Below the pieces are notes generated by a model. The model saw nothing but the letters and a program-made list of their open reading frames with translations, was not told where the DNA came from and made no database searches. A stretch of 64,000 nt of DNA. Origin: Deltaproteobacteria bacterium. GTDB lineage: Bacteria; Desulfobacterota; Syntrophia; Syntrophales; UBA8958. Below are positions 1-9,332 of this stretch, in pieces (the first letter of the stretch is position 1; every line of letters begins with the position of its first letter). A program made the translations under genes and the position numbers. The stretch spans positions 9,295-73,294 of the forward strand of contig JAPLJZ010000236.1 in the NCBI GenBank assembly GCA_026388335.1, read 5' to 3'.

Positions 1-1
1 C

Positions 2-703
2 CTGGACCTGGACCGGCAATATATGCGAGAAGCGCCCAACGATCCCCAGGCTATCAATGCCTATGTCAATGTGCTGATCTCCGCCAAACGTCTCGATGAG
101 GCGGTAGACACGGTGCAAAAAAGTATCAAGAAGCAGCCGCGGGAATGGTCGTTGCATTATTTATTGGGCGATCTTTATCTCCTGAAAAATGATTTCAAAT
201 CGGCGGCTGCAAGCTATGCAATCGCTTTGGCATTGAATCCCGGCGATATTCCTATGGCGCTCAATGTGGGCGCCCGTTACGAGAAGAATGCCTCTGATGG
301 GGAAACGGAGAAATATTACCTTGAAATCAGAAAAAAATATCCCGATGAACCCTTGATCGCCAATCAACTGGCGTGGTTATATATTGAGCGAATGGAGACG
401 CCTCAGAAGGCCAAGGAGCTGGTTGAATTTTTAATGGCAGACAAAGAACGACCGGAGGTGAAGGATACCATCGGCTGGTATTATTACAAGTTGGGTAATT
501 ATGTTGCGGCGGAAAACTATTTCCGAGAGGCCTTGCAATTGGCGCCGGATCAATATAGTACTCGGGCGCGATTGGCGTTGACGCTGTTTTCCCTAAAGAA
601 GAATCAGGAAGCGGAGGGAGAGGCGAAAAAGGTCGTCGCCCTGCTGGCGCCGAGTCCATTGAAAATCAAACTGGAACAAGCCATGACCAAAGGAAAAATA
701 TAG
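2..703 (+). CDS. TPR-repeat protein, C-terminal part (5' end outside the window)
   Basis: The frame of ORF 23..703 stays open back to nt 2, so the ATG at 23 is probably internal. The translation is a run of TPR-like 34-residue units (e.g. YAIALALNPGD, FREALQLAPDQ). It lies next to PEP-CTERM and exosortase genes, which fits a PrsT-like TPR protein (inference). Confidence 0.7.
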   Translation: MDLDRQYMREAPNDPQAINAYVNVLISAKRLDEAVDTVQKSIKKQPREWSLHYLLGDLYLLKNDFKSAAASYAIALALNPGDIPMALNVGARYEKNASDGETEKYYLEIRKKYPDEPLIANQLAWLYIERMETPQKAKELVEFLMADKERPEVKDTIGWYYYKLGNYVAAENYFREALQLAPDQYSTRARLALTLFSLKKNQEAEGEAKKVVALLAPSPLKIKLEQAMTKGKI

Positions 704-781
704 GGATGACTAAAGACATTAAAGCCAATGATATAATTATGACGGACAGATATGTAGATTCCTGGAAGCCGAACATTTGTC

Positions 782-810
782 TTGACATTAAGATTAAAGT
801 ATTTAAATTA
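782..810 (+). promoter_or_regulatory. Putative sigma70-type promoter for the PEP-CTERM protein gene
   Basis: TTGACA at 782-787, a 16-nt spacer, then an A/T-rich TAAATT at 804-809, about 60 nt upstream of the ATG at 869. Motif match by eye only. Confidence 0.3.
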
Positions 811-868
811 ATTACCGACATGTAAGATAATGAGGAGAACAATCAGTACTGCCAGGAGGAACGGGAAT

Positions 869-1495
869 ATGAAAAAATATATCGTGATGGCTTTGATCTT
901 AGCGGTGTTTACGACATCACAGGTTTGCGCCGAAACGCTCAACCTGACGACACTGCCCACGCAAACGGCTGGTGGATATTATGTCGGTGCTGTTGGGGGA
1001 AACATTAATGGCGGTACGACAGCAAATTATTACTGTGACGATTTTGCAGCCCACACAACTGTCCCAAGTTCCTTTGCCGTATTGGTTTCAACCTTATCAG
1101 ACATATCCGGCACCAAGTTTATCAGTCAATCCGATGCATTGAAAAAGTACCAGCAAGTAGGTTGGTTGATGTATCAACTGGAAATCAATCCGATTAAGAC
1201 CGCAGCGATCCAATTTGCAATGTGGAGTGTCTTTACGCCGACATCACCGACGTTCGAGGATTCTGCTGCCTGGCTTGATGCTTCAACAAGGATTGATGCA
1301 GGGAGTTATGACTTTAGCCAGATGAGAATTTACACACCGACAGGTTCCAGCAACCAGGAGTTTGTGGGGGGACATGTAGGTCTATCGGCTGTTCCAGAGC
1401 CTGCGGAATGGCTGCTGCTGATCATCGGCCTCGGCCTCATCACCTATTCTGTTTACCGTAACCCGGTGAAGAGCGTCGTTCGGATATCCGCCTGA
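869..1495 (+). CDS. PEP-CTERM sorting-domain secreted protein (exosortase client)
   Basis: ATG 869 lies 8 nt after AGGAGGA (854-860). N-terminal signal peptide MKKYIVMALILAVFTTSQVCA. The C-terminus has VPEP (PEP codons 1394-1402), the hydrophobic stretch AEWLLLIIGLGLITYSVY, then the basic tail RNPVK, which is the PEP-CTERM architecture. The longer ORF start at 830 lacks an RBS. Confidence 0.8.
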   Translation: MKKYIVMALILAVFTTSQVCAETLNLTTLPTQTAGGYYVGAVGGNINGGTTANYYCDDFAAHTTVPSSFAVLVSTLSDISGTKFISQSDALKKYQQVGWLMYQLEINPIKTAAIQFAMWSVFTPTSPTFEDSAAWLDASTRIDAGSYDFSQMRIYTPTGSSNQEFVGGHVGLSAVPEPAEWLLLIIGLGLITYSVYRNPVKSVVRISA

Positions 1496-1529
1496 ATGAC
1501 CATCACCTCCTCCCTTCTTATACAACAAG

Positions 1530-1562
1530 TTAATGACCATCGCCTGAGGCGGTGGTTATTAA
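1530..1562. terminator. Long imperfect hairpin between convergent genes (possible bidirectional terminator)
   Basis: TTAATGACCATCGCC-TGA-GGCGGTGGTTATTAA forms a ~15-bp stem with two G-T wobbles. It lies between the stop of 869..1495 (+) and the stop of 1576..2166 (-). No clear T-tract on the plus strand. Confidence 0.45.
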
Positions 1563-1575
1563 CTAAAACACTTAC

Positions 1576-2166
1576 CTAAACAACGGGAAGAATAACATTT
1601 GTCAGTCGCCAGTTAAATCCCTCACGTGTAAAGACGAATGAAAAATATTCTGAATAACGGCCCTTTTCATCTCGGACACTAACAACGAATTTTGATAACG
1701 ACTGATAGTTAAAACTGGCCTTGTCAATCATTTTCCGCACCATTTGATACTGACTTATTTCTGGCGGCGGTTTTACAGGATCTGGTTTCATACGTGCAGT
1801 CCCTGAAAAGGCGACGTAGAACCCTTCCGTAGAAATGGCCCGGTCAACTTCGTTGTCCGTCGATAGCGCCGACCACAAGATCGACAGATCAACCAGGGAT
1901 TGATCTTTACCGTCATCTTTTCTAAGGTTCTTAATAACCCGTTGTCCCCTTTGCGCCTTCAGATTGCGTCTCATCTCGGTAAACCCGGTCGAAGCAGCGA
2001 GTTTTTCGGCATCTTTGTTTATGATAGCGGATTCAACATGATAATAGGCAACAAATGGCAGCAAATATAAGGCTAAAGCCACAGCAGCGATTGCAAATGC
2101 TGCCATGAAGGCCACGTATTTCATCCATTGAAATTTCTCTTTGCTTTTATTGTGATGATATCCCAT
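1576..2166 (-). CDS. Membrane-anchored hypothetical protein, DUF2939-like
   Basis: The probable start is the internal ATG at 2166 (MGYHHNKSKEKF...), with AAGGA about 10 nt upstream; the ORF is open to 2217. One N-terminal TM (YVAFMAAFAIAAVALALYLLPFV) is followed by YYHVESAIINKDAEKLAASTGFTEMRRNLKAQ, which resembles the DUF2939 family. That recognition is from memory and unverified. Confidence 0.55.
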   Translation of the reverse strand: MGYHHNKSKEKFQWMKYVAFMAAFAIAAVALALYLLPFVAYYHVESAIINKDAEKLAASTGFTEMRRNLKAQRGQRVIKNLRKDDGKDQSLVDLSILWSALSTDNEVDRAISTEGFYVAFSGTARMKPDPVKPPPEISQYQMVRKMIDKASFNYQSLSKFVVSVRDEKGRYSEYFSFVFTREGFNWRLTNVILPVV

Positions 2167-2429
2167 AGTCGTGCCGTCCTTGAATATTTTGTTGCTTTCT
2201 CCTTCACCTAAAATCAATAATTACACAAGGAATATTTTGGATTGTGCATAAAACCAAGAGCTATGAATTTTTCCGGAAATGATTGTAGTTGTCGTTTCGT
2301 TGAAAACCGGAAAACGAAGTTTAATGTTCATAATCCAGTATTTTCAAGACGTTCTTGACCCGGCTGGAGTTTACCCAGTACCGCGATACGGGGACGGGGT
2401 AACGGTGGTAATGTCTTTTTCTGTTCGCT

Positions 2430-4004
2430 TCAAGAATTGGGATTAATCAGATATGTTTCCATATCGTCCAAAAACTGTTTCATATAAACGCCAGACTGTT
2501 TTATGTCTACAGTATCTTCATTCATCGTTATCTCGACAAAGTATTGTTTGATATGACCGCGTTTCAATTTTTCCCCTGCCTCGTATATCTTTTTCTCTAT
2601 CCCATCGGGTATTACTTTTCCCCCAACATAAAATCCGTGATAAACCAGAATTGTCTCCTGCCCCATTTTCCCCATAAGTCCCGCCAGCCTGATTTTCCCC
2701 GAGGAACTTTTGAGTGGGGGAATCTCCGTCAACTCCCGACCTGATCCCTGATAGCACAGAGCCGGGGGATGATAATTTGATATACGGCTATAGAGGGCGA
2801 GAAAATTCAGGCTTGGGCCATTCTTCTGCCGATATTGCCGCAAAATAAAATCATCGGGGCCAACCTCCCATGGCATCACAGCAGAAAATGTACTCCCCTG
2901 CCATCCTGATGCTACCATCGGCAAACTGAGCGGCAGGCTTGCCGTCTGAGCGCCTTCGCCCCGGTTCTGCAAATAGGCGCTGAGCAAACCACTCATGAGC
3001 AGCAAGACGAAGACCAGAAATAGCTTTCCCTTATTAACCCCCATGCCCGGCGCAGCCACAACGAAGCATGAAAATTCCCCCTTACCCCCCCTTGACAAAG
3101 GGGGGATGGAGGGATTTTCATGTAAATCATGAGATATCCGGCTTTCCATGACCATAAAGAACTTGGTGATCGCCATGAGCCCCAAAACGGCAACGACAAA
3201 AACAGCAATGCCCCATAACGAGTGCAACTTCCCTTCCGCCATCTCCGGACCCCATTTTACAGCCACCACGGCGGTTGTTGTGACCCGGATAATATTCACC
3301 ATAATGATCAAGGGCAACATAGATATCACTATTGCCAGGCGAAATTTCCACCTGCGAATGACCAGGTAACTGTAAAATATGGACAGGGTTAAAATAGCCA
3401 TCAGGGAATTCAGGCCGGAACAGGCATCTGCGACGCCCAGAAACAGGGATGAGATTTCAATAATGTTCCCATAAATTTTGACTTGGTAGCCCATGAGCGT
3501 CAGAAGCGCTGCTGCCGCCTTCGTTACGAGCAGCTTGAGGGGGAAGACAACGTCCATGTATATTTTGCCGGGGATAGGAAAAGCCAGCCCCAAAAGAGCA
3601 AGAGGAAAGACAAATTGTCGGGCAAAAGAGACCCCCTTTAGATAGCAGGCCAGGCCATATAGAGTGAGGGGTATGGAAAGCTGGGCCAAGAAATAGACCC
3701 CCGATGCCTGCCCCAGGAGATTAAGAGACAGACCAACCAGGAAAAATACCGGGCTTCCCGCATCAGGACAGGGGCTCTTTAATAGCTCCCAGAGAATTTT
3801 CCGTTTCTGGTAGACAAGAAACCCGGACAGGGCAAAGACCAAGGGGGCATGGCGAGCCAGTTCATTGCCGATGACACTGTCTCTCAGATCATAGATAATG
3901 GGATAGTAGGCGAAAAAGAGGAACAAAAACAGGAAACCAAAGATGAACCAGGACCTGCTCACCCCCTGCTCCCCGTGGTGCTTATCACCCGGGCTTTCCC
4001 TCAT
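2430..4004 (-). CDS. Exosortase (EpsH family) fused to a C-terminal EpsI-family domain
   Basis: 524 aa. The N-terminal ~300 aa is polytopic membrane with exosortase-type motifs (ADACSGLNSL with the candidate catalytic Cys; NIIRVTT with the conserved Arg). The C-terminal ~200 aa is soluble and EpsI-like (...LYSRISNYHPPALCYQGSG...). A 4-nt overlap with the upstream TPR gene suggests translational coupling. Confidence 0.85.
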   Translation of the reverse strand: MRESPGDKHHGEQGVSRSWFIFGFLFLFLFFAYYPIIYDLRDSVIGNELARHAPLVFALSGFLVYQKRKILWELLKSPCPDAGSPVFFLVGLSLNLLGQASGVYFLAQLSIPLTLYGLACYLKGVSFARQFVFPLALLGLAFPIPGKIYMDVVFPLKLLVTKAAAALLTLMGYQVKIYGNIIEISSLFLGVADACSGLNSLMAILTLSIFYSYLVIRRWKFRLAIVISMLPLIIMVNIIRVTTTAVVAVKWGPEMAEGKLHSLWGIAVFVVAVLGLMAITKFFMVMESRISHDLHENPSIPPLSRGGKGEFSCFVVAAPGMGVNKGKLFLVFVLLLMSGLLSAYLQNRGEGAQTASLPLSLPMVASGWQGSTFSAVMPWEVGPDDFILRQYRQKNGPSLNFLALYSRISNYHPPALCYQGSGRELTEIPPLKSSSGKIRLAGLMGKMGQETILVYHGFYVGGKVIPDGIEKKIYEAGEKLKRGHIKQYFVEITMNEDTVDIKQSGVYMKQFLDDMETYLINPNS

Positions 4005-5473
4005 CTCCTGGCCTGCTTGATCCGCTCATAGAAACTCTCGGCCTTTTTTACGTCTCCCAGCTTCCGGTAGCCATCGGCGGATTGTGACAAGGCCACCACA
4101 TTGGTGGGCTCTCGTTCGAGGATCTTGCCGTACTGTTCAACGGCCTTCGTGTATTGTCCCTTTCTGGTATAGATATCGCCGAGGACAATCCGCGGCGACA
4201 GGGCTGTTTCGCCCAGCTTCAGGGCCTTCTGGGCATAGTCCTCGGCCACAGACAGGATACCATCAGCCCAGTAAAGCTCGGCCAGCAAGGTGTTGGGCCG
4301 GGGGGCGTCGGGGACGAGGGCGATGATCTGCTTCAGGGTGATGATGGCCTCTTTGGGCTGCAAATTGAAGAGTTCATACCGGACCTTGAGACTAAGCGCC
4401 AAAATATCGCCGGGCTGACGGGATAAGGTGTCGTCAATATGCTTCTTTGCTTCCTTCAGTTGATCCGCCGCCATGAGGGCCTGGCCGACGCGATAGGAGG
4501 CGATGCGGGACTGGGGCATCAGCGCATAGACCTTTTGAAAATGGGGAATGGACTCGCGATATTTGCCCTGGCTGAATAGTTGTTGGCCGTAAAAATAATG
4601 AACCTCCGGCGATTCGGGATAACGCGTCAGGGCGTCGGTCATAACGGCCAACGACTTTCCATTCCTGTCCGTATTCTGATAATAACGGGTCATGGAAAGC
4701 AATCCCGTGGCGTCCAACTTCTTTTCGTCAATTTTGGCGATGATCTGTTCCGCCTTGGCACGATCACCCTTCCGGGCATACAAGCCGGCCAATTGAATAA
4801 GAGACATATCCGGCGCCGCCCCCTTCTTCGCATCGACGGCCGCTTGGACCTTTTGCAGGGCCTCATCGAGTTTTCCCTCGGATAGGGCGTTTTCAGGCTG
4901 GAGAAGCAAACCGTCCGCCAGATAATCCGATTTTTTTGTAAGAATGGACGTCGTCTCCTGGGCCGATTTCAGATCGCCGACGGTCACATAGACCTCGGCC
5001 AGCTTCTGCTGGGCCTCATAGTAATCTGGTTGCAGGCGAATCGCCTCCTTGAAGTTGCGGTAGGCGCTGCTGACGTCGCCTTGCCGCATGTAGACGATGC
5101 CCGCCAGATAAAACCCCTCGGCATTGCTCTCACGCTGGAGATACTTCAGTATGAGCTGTCTCGCCTCCTCCACCTTGCCAGCTTCGAGAAGCTTTTTGGT
5201 ACGGTCGAAAATATCCAGTCGTTCCTTCTCACTCACCTTCATGAACTTCCCCGCCGCCTGCTCGGTTACCTGGGACGGCTGCTTCATGATCCGTGAGATC
5301 AGAACCCAATAATAATCAAAAAACAAGATGAAAGAAACGAAAAGAAGAAACGTGAAGAAGCCGATCAGACCTCTTCTTCGCTTTAGCCATTTTACTTTTC
5401 TAAAGACATCGGACGATGGACCTTTTGGCGCCTCAGTACCGTTTTTAAAGGAATTATTCGATCCTGCAGCCAT
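4001..5473 (-). CDS. TPR-repeat membrane-anchored protein (PEP-CTERM-system TPR protein, PrsT-like)
   Basis: The ORF is open to 5572, but a promoter-like element lies inside that extension, so the likely start is ATG 5473 (MAAGSNNSF...). One TM (LIGFFTFLLFVSFILFF) is followed by ~10 TPR units (e.g. YLAGIVYMRQGDVSSAYRNFKEAIRLQPDY). The stop overlaps the exosortase start. Confidence 0.75.
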   Translation of the reverse strand: MAAGSNNSFKNGTEAPKGPSSDVFRKVKWLKRRRGLIGFFTFLLFVSFILFFDYYWVLISRIMKQPSQVTEQAAGKFMKVSEKERLDIFDRTKKLLEAGKVEEARQLILKYLQRESNAEGFYLAGIVYMRQGDVSSAYRNFKEAIRLQPDYYEAQQKLAEVYVTVGDLKSAQETTSILTKKSDYLADGLLLQPENALSEGKLDEALQKVQAAVDAKKGAAPDMSLIQLAGLYARKGDRAKAEQIIAKIDEKKLDATGLLSMTRYYQNTDRNGKSLAVMTDALTRYPESPEVHYFYGQQLFSQGKYRESIPHFQKVYALMPQSRIASYRVGQALMAADQLKEAKKHIDDTLSRQPGDILALSLKVRYELFNLQPKEAIITLKQIIALVPDAPRPNTLLAELYWADGILSVAEDYAQKALKLGETALSPRIVLGDIYTRKGQYTKAVEQYGKILEREPTNVVALSQSADGYRKLGDVKKAESFYERIKQARR

Positions 5474-5543
5474 GTTTTTGTTTACCTTTTGACATACTTG
5501 GATTTGATATTTGATTTGATAAGGAATTTCATTTGTGAGGAAA

Positions 5544-5572
5544 TGTATATGCAGAACTGAGTTGTATGTCAA
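5544..5572 (-). promoter_or_regulatory. Putative sigma70 promoter of the TPR-exosortase operon
   Basis: On the minus strand: TTGACA (5572-5567), a 17-nt spacer, then TATACA (5549-5544). This predicts a ~60-nt 5' UTR before ATG 5473. Motif match by eye only. Confidence 0.4.
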
Positions 5573-5684
5573 TGAGATATTGGGACAGGGCGGTACGTGG
5601 CAGCAGGAGGTAAAAGCATAAATTTTTTTGTATTTTCCCGGAATTTAGGGTAACAGAGTTTCAATTATCAAAAAGGGAGGCCCC

Positions 5685-6350
5685 ATGAAGCTTACAGATG
5701 ATCTTTATGCCTATGAGTGGACAGATTATTTCGAGAACAATTGCAATAGCTTTTATATCGGCGGCAATATCGGGGCCCTTGTCGATCCCGGCCTGACAAA
5801 ATATGTTCCCGATCTCCTGGAAAAAATGGCGCAGGATGGCATTGAAACCAAGGGCATCCGCTACATCATCAATACCCACTCCCATCCCGATCATTTTGAA
5901 GGATCTGAATATTTCTACGACCAGGACATTCAAATAGCATTGAATAAGGAAGAACTGGATTTTCTCCAGGGACCGGGCGGGGAGCTCTATGGCCTATTCG
6001 GGCTTGCGACACCCCAAGCCAAAATCGATCTTTTTTTAGCGGAAGGACTTTTGACACTGGGTGATGAGGAGTTTCAGGTGCTGCATGTCTCCGGTCATTC
6101 GCCTGGTTCCATCGCCCTTTATTGGCCGCGGCGGAAGACCCTTTTCCCGGGGGATGTCATTTTCAATCAAAATGTAGGGAGAACGGATTTCCCGGGCGGT
6201 AACGGGTCGCTGCTTAAAAAGAGCATCTCCAAACTGAGCGCCTTGGATGTGGAATGGCTTCTGCCGGGGCATATGGAGATCATTAAAGGGGCTAATAATG
6301 TGAAAAACAATTTTAAAACAGTCGTGGATCACATCTTTCCTTACATCTAA
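5685..6350 (+). CDS. MBL-fold metallo-hydrolase
   Basis: 221 aa with the canonical HxHxDH motif (NTHSHPDHFEGS), downstream His/Asp ligands (VSGHSPGS, LLPGH), and GGGAGG shortly before the ATG. Confidence 0.85.
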   Translation: MKLTDDLYAYEWTDYFENNCNSFYIGGNIGALVDPGLTKYVPDLLEKMAQDGIETKGIRYIINTHSHPDHFEGSEYFYDQDIQIALNKEELDFLQGPGGELYGLFGLATPQAKIDLFLAEGLLTLGDEEFQVLHVSGHSPGSIALYWPRRKTLFPGDVIFNQNVGRTDFPGGNGSLLKKSISKLSALDVEWLLPGHMEIIKGANNVKNNFKTVVDHIFPYI

Positions 6351-6364
6351 AAAGATCACAATTT

Positions 6365-7198
6365 ATGCTCACAGCCAGAAGGACAGTTTTTTTCATATCT
6401 GACGGCACGGCCATAACGGCGGAAACGTTGGGGCAGAGTCTCCTGACCCAGTTCAACCATATCCTTTTCGATCAGGTCACCCTCCCCTTTATTGATACTG
6501 CCGCCAAAGCAGAGCGGGCGGTGAACCAGATCAATCTGGAGGCAAGCCAGACGGGACTCCCCCCCCTCATCTTCAGCACCCTCATTAATGCCGATATTCG
6601 CAATATCATTATGAATAGTCAGAGTAAATTTTTTGACCTCTTTGAAGTCTTCATCGGTCGTCTGGAAAAAGAACTCAACGTAGAATCCTCCCATACCATC
6701 GGGCGCTACCACAGCTTTGTCAGCAACGGCAGCTATGATGTCCGCATTGACGCCGTGAATTATGCCCTCGGAAATGACGACGGGATTTCCACGAAGAATT
6801 ACGACAAGGCCGATATCATCGTCGTGGGCGTTTCACGCACCGGTAAGACGCCGACATGTCTTTATCTTGGTATGCAATTCGGTATCTATGCGGCCAATTA
6901 TCCCCTGACCGAGGAAGATCTTTTTGGACGCTACGACGAACTTCCCAATGTCCTGGTCCCCTTCCGGAGGAAATTGTACGGCCTCACCATCAATCCCGAA
7001 CGCTTGCACAGGATCCGGTCCGAAAGGCGACCCCAGAGCCGTTATTCCTCTCTTCATCAATGCCAGGTGGAAATCGCCGCCGCTGAATCGCTTTTTCTTT
7101 CTGAACACATACCATATATTAATATTACTACCGTATCTGTGGAAGAAATCGCCGCCACTGTGCTCCATGCATGCGGTTTGCAGAGGCGAGTTCTTTGA
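6365..7198 (+). CDS. ppsR: Pyruvate, water dikinase (PEP synthase) regulatory protein, DUF299 kinase/pyrophosphorylase
   Basis: 277 aa. N-terminus RTVFFISDGTAITAETLGQSLLTQF, P-loop VVGVSRTGKTPTCLYL and C-terminal IDITTxSVEE-type ending (INITTVSVEEIA), all typical of PpsR. Confidence 0.85.
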   Translation: MLTARRTVFFISDGTAITAETLGQSLLTQFNHILFDQVTLPFIDTAAKAERAVNQINLEASQTGLPPLIFSTLINADIRNIIMNSQSKFFDLFEVFIGRLEKELNVESSHTIGRYHSFVSNGSYDVRIDAVNYALGNDDGISTKNYDKADIIVVGVSRTGKTPTCLYLGMQFGIYAANYPLTEEDLFGRYDELPNVLVPFRRKLYGLTINPERLHRIRSERRPQSRYSSLHQCQVEIAAAESLFLSEHIPYINITTVSVEEIAATVLHACGLQRRVL

Positions 7199-7216
7199 TT
7201 TTCTACTTGATTTTCC

Positions 7217-7246
7217 TTGACAATTCAAATACAAAGCAGGTGTAAT
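7217..7246 (+). promoter_or_regulatory. Putative sigma70 promoter of the sensor gene
   Basis: TTGACA at 7217-7222, an 18-nt spacer, then TGTAAT at 7241-7246. By eye only. Confidence 0.3.
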
Positions 7247-7397
7247 TAACGGTGACGCACATTTTGCTAAGGTATAACAACTTCACAAAATGTATATTTT
7301 CCCGTGCATACGGAAATCCAGATCATCAGTAACTCATTAAATACAATGGATTACGTTTTTGCCGGAATAACAGAATATGGACACTTAAAAACCTCTT

Positions 7398-9251
7398 ATG
7401 AGTCTATCAAGTATGACCCTGCGGAAAAAGATATTTCTCATCGTTGCCTTGACTTTTTTTGGTCTAACGATTGTATCCCTAATTACCTCTTACCGTATTC
7501 TCCTGGGGGGAATCCAGGAAATCGAAATACGAGAAAGCCGGCAGGACCTGGATCGCGCCATCGCCCTGCTTGACAATGAACTCAGCTCCATTGGCACGAT
7601 GGCACGTGAGTATGCTACATGGAACGACATGTGCACCTTCATGACCTCCCGAACCCCGGCTTTCATTACCTCTAATTTTACCGATTCAACCTTTATCAAT
7701 CTGAAGATCAATTTTATTATCATTACCGATCGCTCCGGTAATATTGTCTATGCATCTGGTTTTGATCTGAAAAAACAAAAGAAAATGCCGATATTCAATG
7801 GTTTCCCCGAACAACGCAAAATAATTCATGATTACATCTTCTCCTCGCCTACATCCAAATCATCATCAGGCATTGAATTCTTACAGGAAGGCCTGACCAT
7901 GCTTGCTGTCCGGCCCATCATGACCAGCGATGGCAAGGGAAATCCACGCGGCCTTTTTATCATCGGCCGCTTCCTCGACACGGGAGAAATTGCTCATCTT
8001 GGCGAGATGCTAAAGCTTAAATTATCACTTTTCCACAAAAACGAAAAGAATCTTCCTCCAGATGTCAGCAACGCATGGACCGCTCTGACCCCAGATCAGA
8101 CCATGTTCATTCAACCCATTAGCGGTCATACCATTGCCGGATATGCTTTGATGAAAGATCTCTTTGGAAAATCATCCCTGGTACTCAGAACGATGGACGA
8201 CAGATCCATTTTCAAGCATGGCAAGGCTATCGCCGTCTATGTGCTTATCTTTGTGCTATTTGCGGCCCTTGTCTTCACGGTGGTCTCGGTCTTGCTGCTG
8301 GAAAAGTTAGTTCTCCGCAGGCTTTTGAAGATCAGCCATGATGTCAGATCCATCGAATCCGACGGAAATCTAACAAAAAGAATCCAACTGGATGGTCGAG
8401 ACGAGCTGGCAAACCTTACCCATGACATCAATAACATGCTTGAAAAACTCGAGCATTCGGAAATTAACATTCGCAATGAAGCGGAAAAATACCGCGCTGT
8501 TATTGAAGATCAAACGGAATTCATCTGTCGTTTTGACCAAGACGGCGCCTTGACCTTTATCAACGATGCTTATTATCGCTTTTTCCATCATAAACGCCGG
8601 GAATTGATTGGCAGACATTTTCTTTCTTTTGTCCCTGACAATGACCGCGGCCATATCGACGAACTTCTCAGTAGTGTAAAGACGGAAAACCCCGTGATAT
8701 CTTATGAAAACCGCGTGATATTGCCCGAAGGCGAGGAATTATGGCAGCATTGGACCTGCCGGGCGATCTATGATGAGCATGGGGAATTCATGGAATATCA
8801 GGCTGTCGGACGGGATATTTCTGATCGCAAACAAGCGGAAAATGAGCTCCTGACCCTCAACAGCAAGCTCGAAGAGGCCAATATCCAATTAGGCGCTGCC
8901 TATACGAACATGAAAAACAACCTTGATAAGCTGAGAAAACATCTTTTCAAGGAAGAATTTGCTTTTCTCGTGGACCGGAAAGGACAGATTTGCGGCATCA
9001 CCGAACGGGTGCTTGAATATATGAAACTCTCCCGCAGTGAGATGATCGGCGCCAACATGAGCGATTATCTGCCGGACAAGGAACGCGAGACCTTCATCGG
9101 GGAGCTTCACGAGGCCTGGATTGGCATTACCAAGCAATCCTATGTTCAGCTCCTGCGGCCAAAAGAGGAATCGGAATCGCAATTCTTCGAAATGAAACTG
9201 GCCAGGCTGACCCTGGAAGGGAAACGGATGCTTCTGGTTACCCTCAGATAA
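7398..9251 (+). CDS. Membrane sensor protein: CHASE4-like periplasmic domain, HAMP, two PAS-like domains, no recognisable output domain
   Basis: 617 aa. TM1 (IFLIVALTFFGLTIVSLI); a ~250-aa periplasmic region beginning ...DLDRAIALLDNELSSIGTMAREYATWNDMCTFM (CHASE4-like); TM2 (VYVLIFVLFAALVFTVVSVLLL); HAMP (RDELANLTHDINNMLEKLE); PAS (YRAVIEDQTEFICRFDQDGALTFINDAY...); a coiled coil; and a second PAS-like segment. No HisKA/HATPase, GGDEF, EAL or MCP signature seen. Confidence 0.7.
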   Translation: MSLSSMTLRKKIFLIVALTFFGLTIVSLITSYRILLGGIQEIEIRESRQDLDRAIALLDNELSSIGTMAREYATWNDMCTFMTSRTPAFITSNFTDSTFINLKINFIIITDRSGNIVYASGFDLKKQKKMPIFNGFPEQRKIIHDYIFSSPTSKSSSGIEFLQEGLTMLAVRPIMTSDGKGNPRGLFIIGRFLDTGEIAHLGEMLKLKLSLFHKNEKNLPPDVSNAWTALTPDQTMFIQPISGHTIAGYALMKDLFGKSSLVLRTMDDRSIFKHGKAIAVYVLIFVLFAALVFTVVSVLLLEKLVLRRLLKISHDVRSIESDGNLTKRIQLDGRDELANLTHDINNMLEKLEHSEINIRNEAEKYRAVIEDQTEFICRFDQDGALTFINDAYYRFFHHKRRELIGRHFLSFVPDNDRGHIDELLSSVKTENPVISYENRVILPEGEELWQHWTCRAIYDEHGEFMEYQAVGRDISDRKQAENELLTLNSKLEEANIQLGAAYTNMKNNLDKLRKHLFKEEFAFLVDRKGQICGITERVLEYMKLSRSEMIGANMSDYLPDKERETFIGELHEAWIGITKQSYVQLLRPKEESESQFFEMKLARLTLEGKRMLLVTLR

Positions 9252-9332
9252 TTGTTCAGGATATAGTAATGAATTTTTACCGATAATACCTTGAATATTT
9301 CGCCTTTCTTATTGTACTGTGTCTGAGGGTAA

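Noticed and set aside
750-790. Possible sigma54 (-24/-12) promoter upstream of the PEP-CTERM gene (CTGGAAGCCGAACATTTG)
   Set aside because: The GG is not followed by GC at the required 10-nt spacing, so there is no match to TGGCAC-N5-TTGC.
5474-5572. N-terminal extension of the TPR ORF (MTYNSVLHIHFL...)
   Set aside because: It contains a good promoter-like element for the same gene and has an AT-rich, non-protein-like composition. ATG 5473 is preferred.
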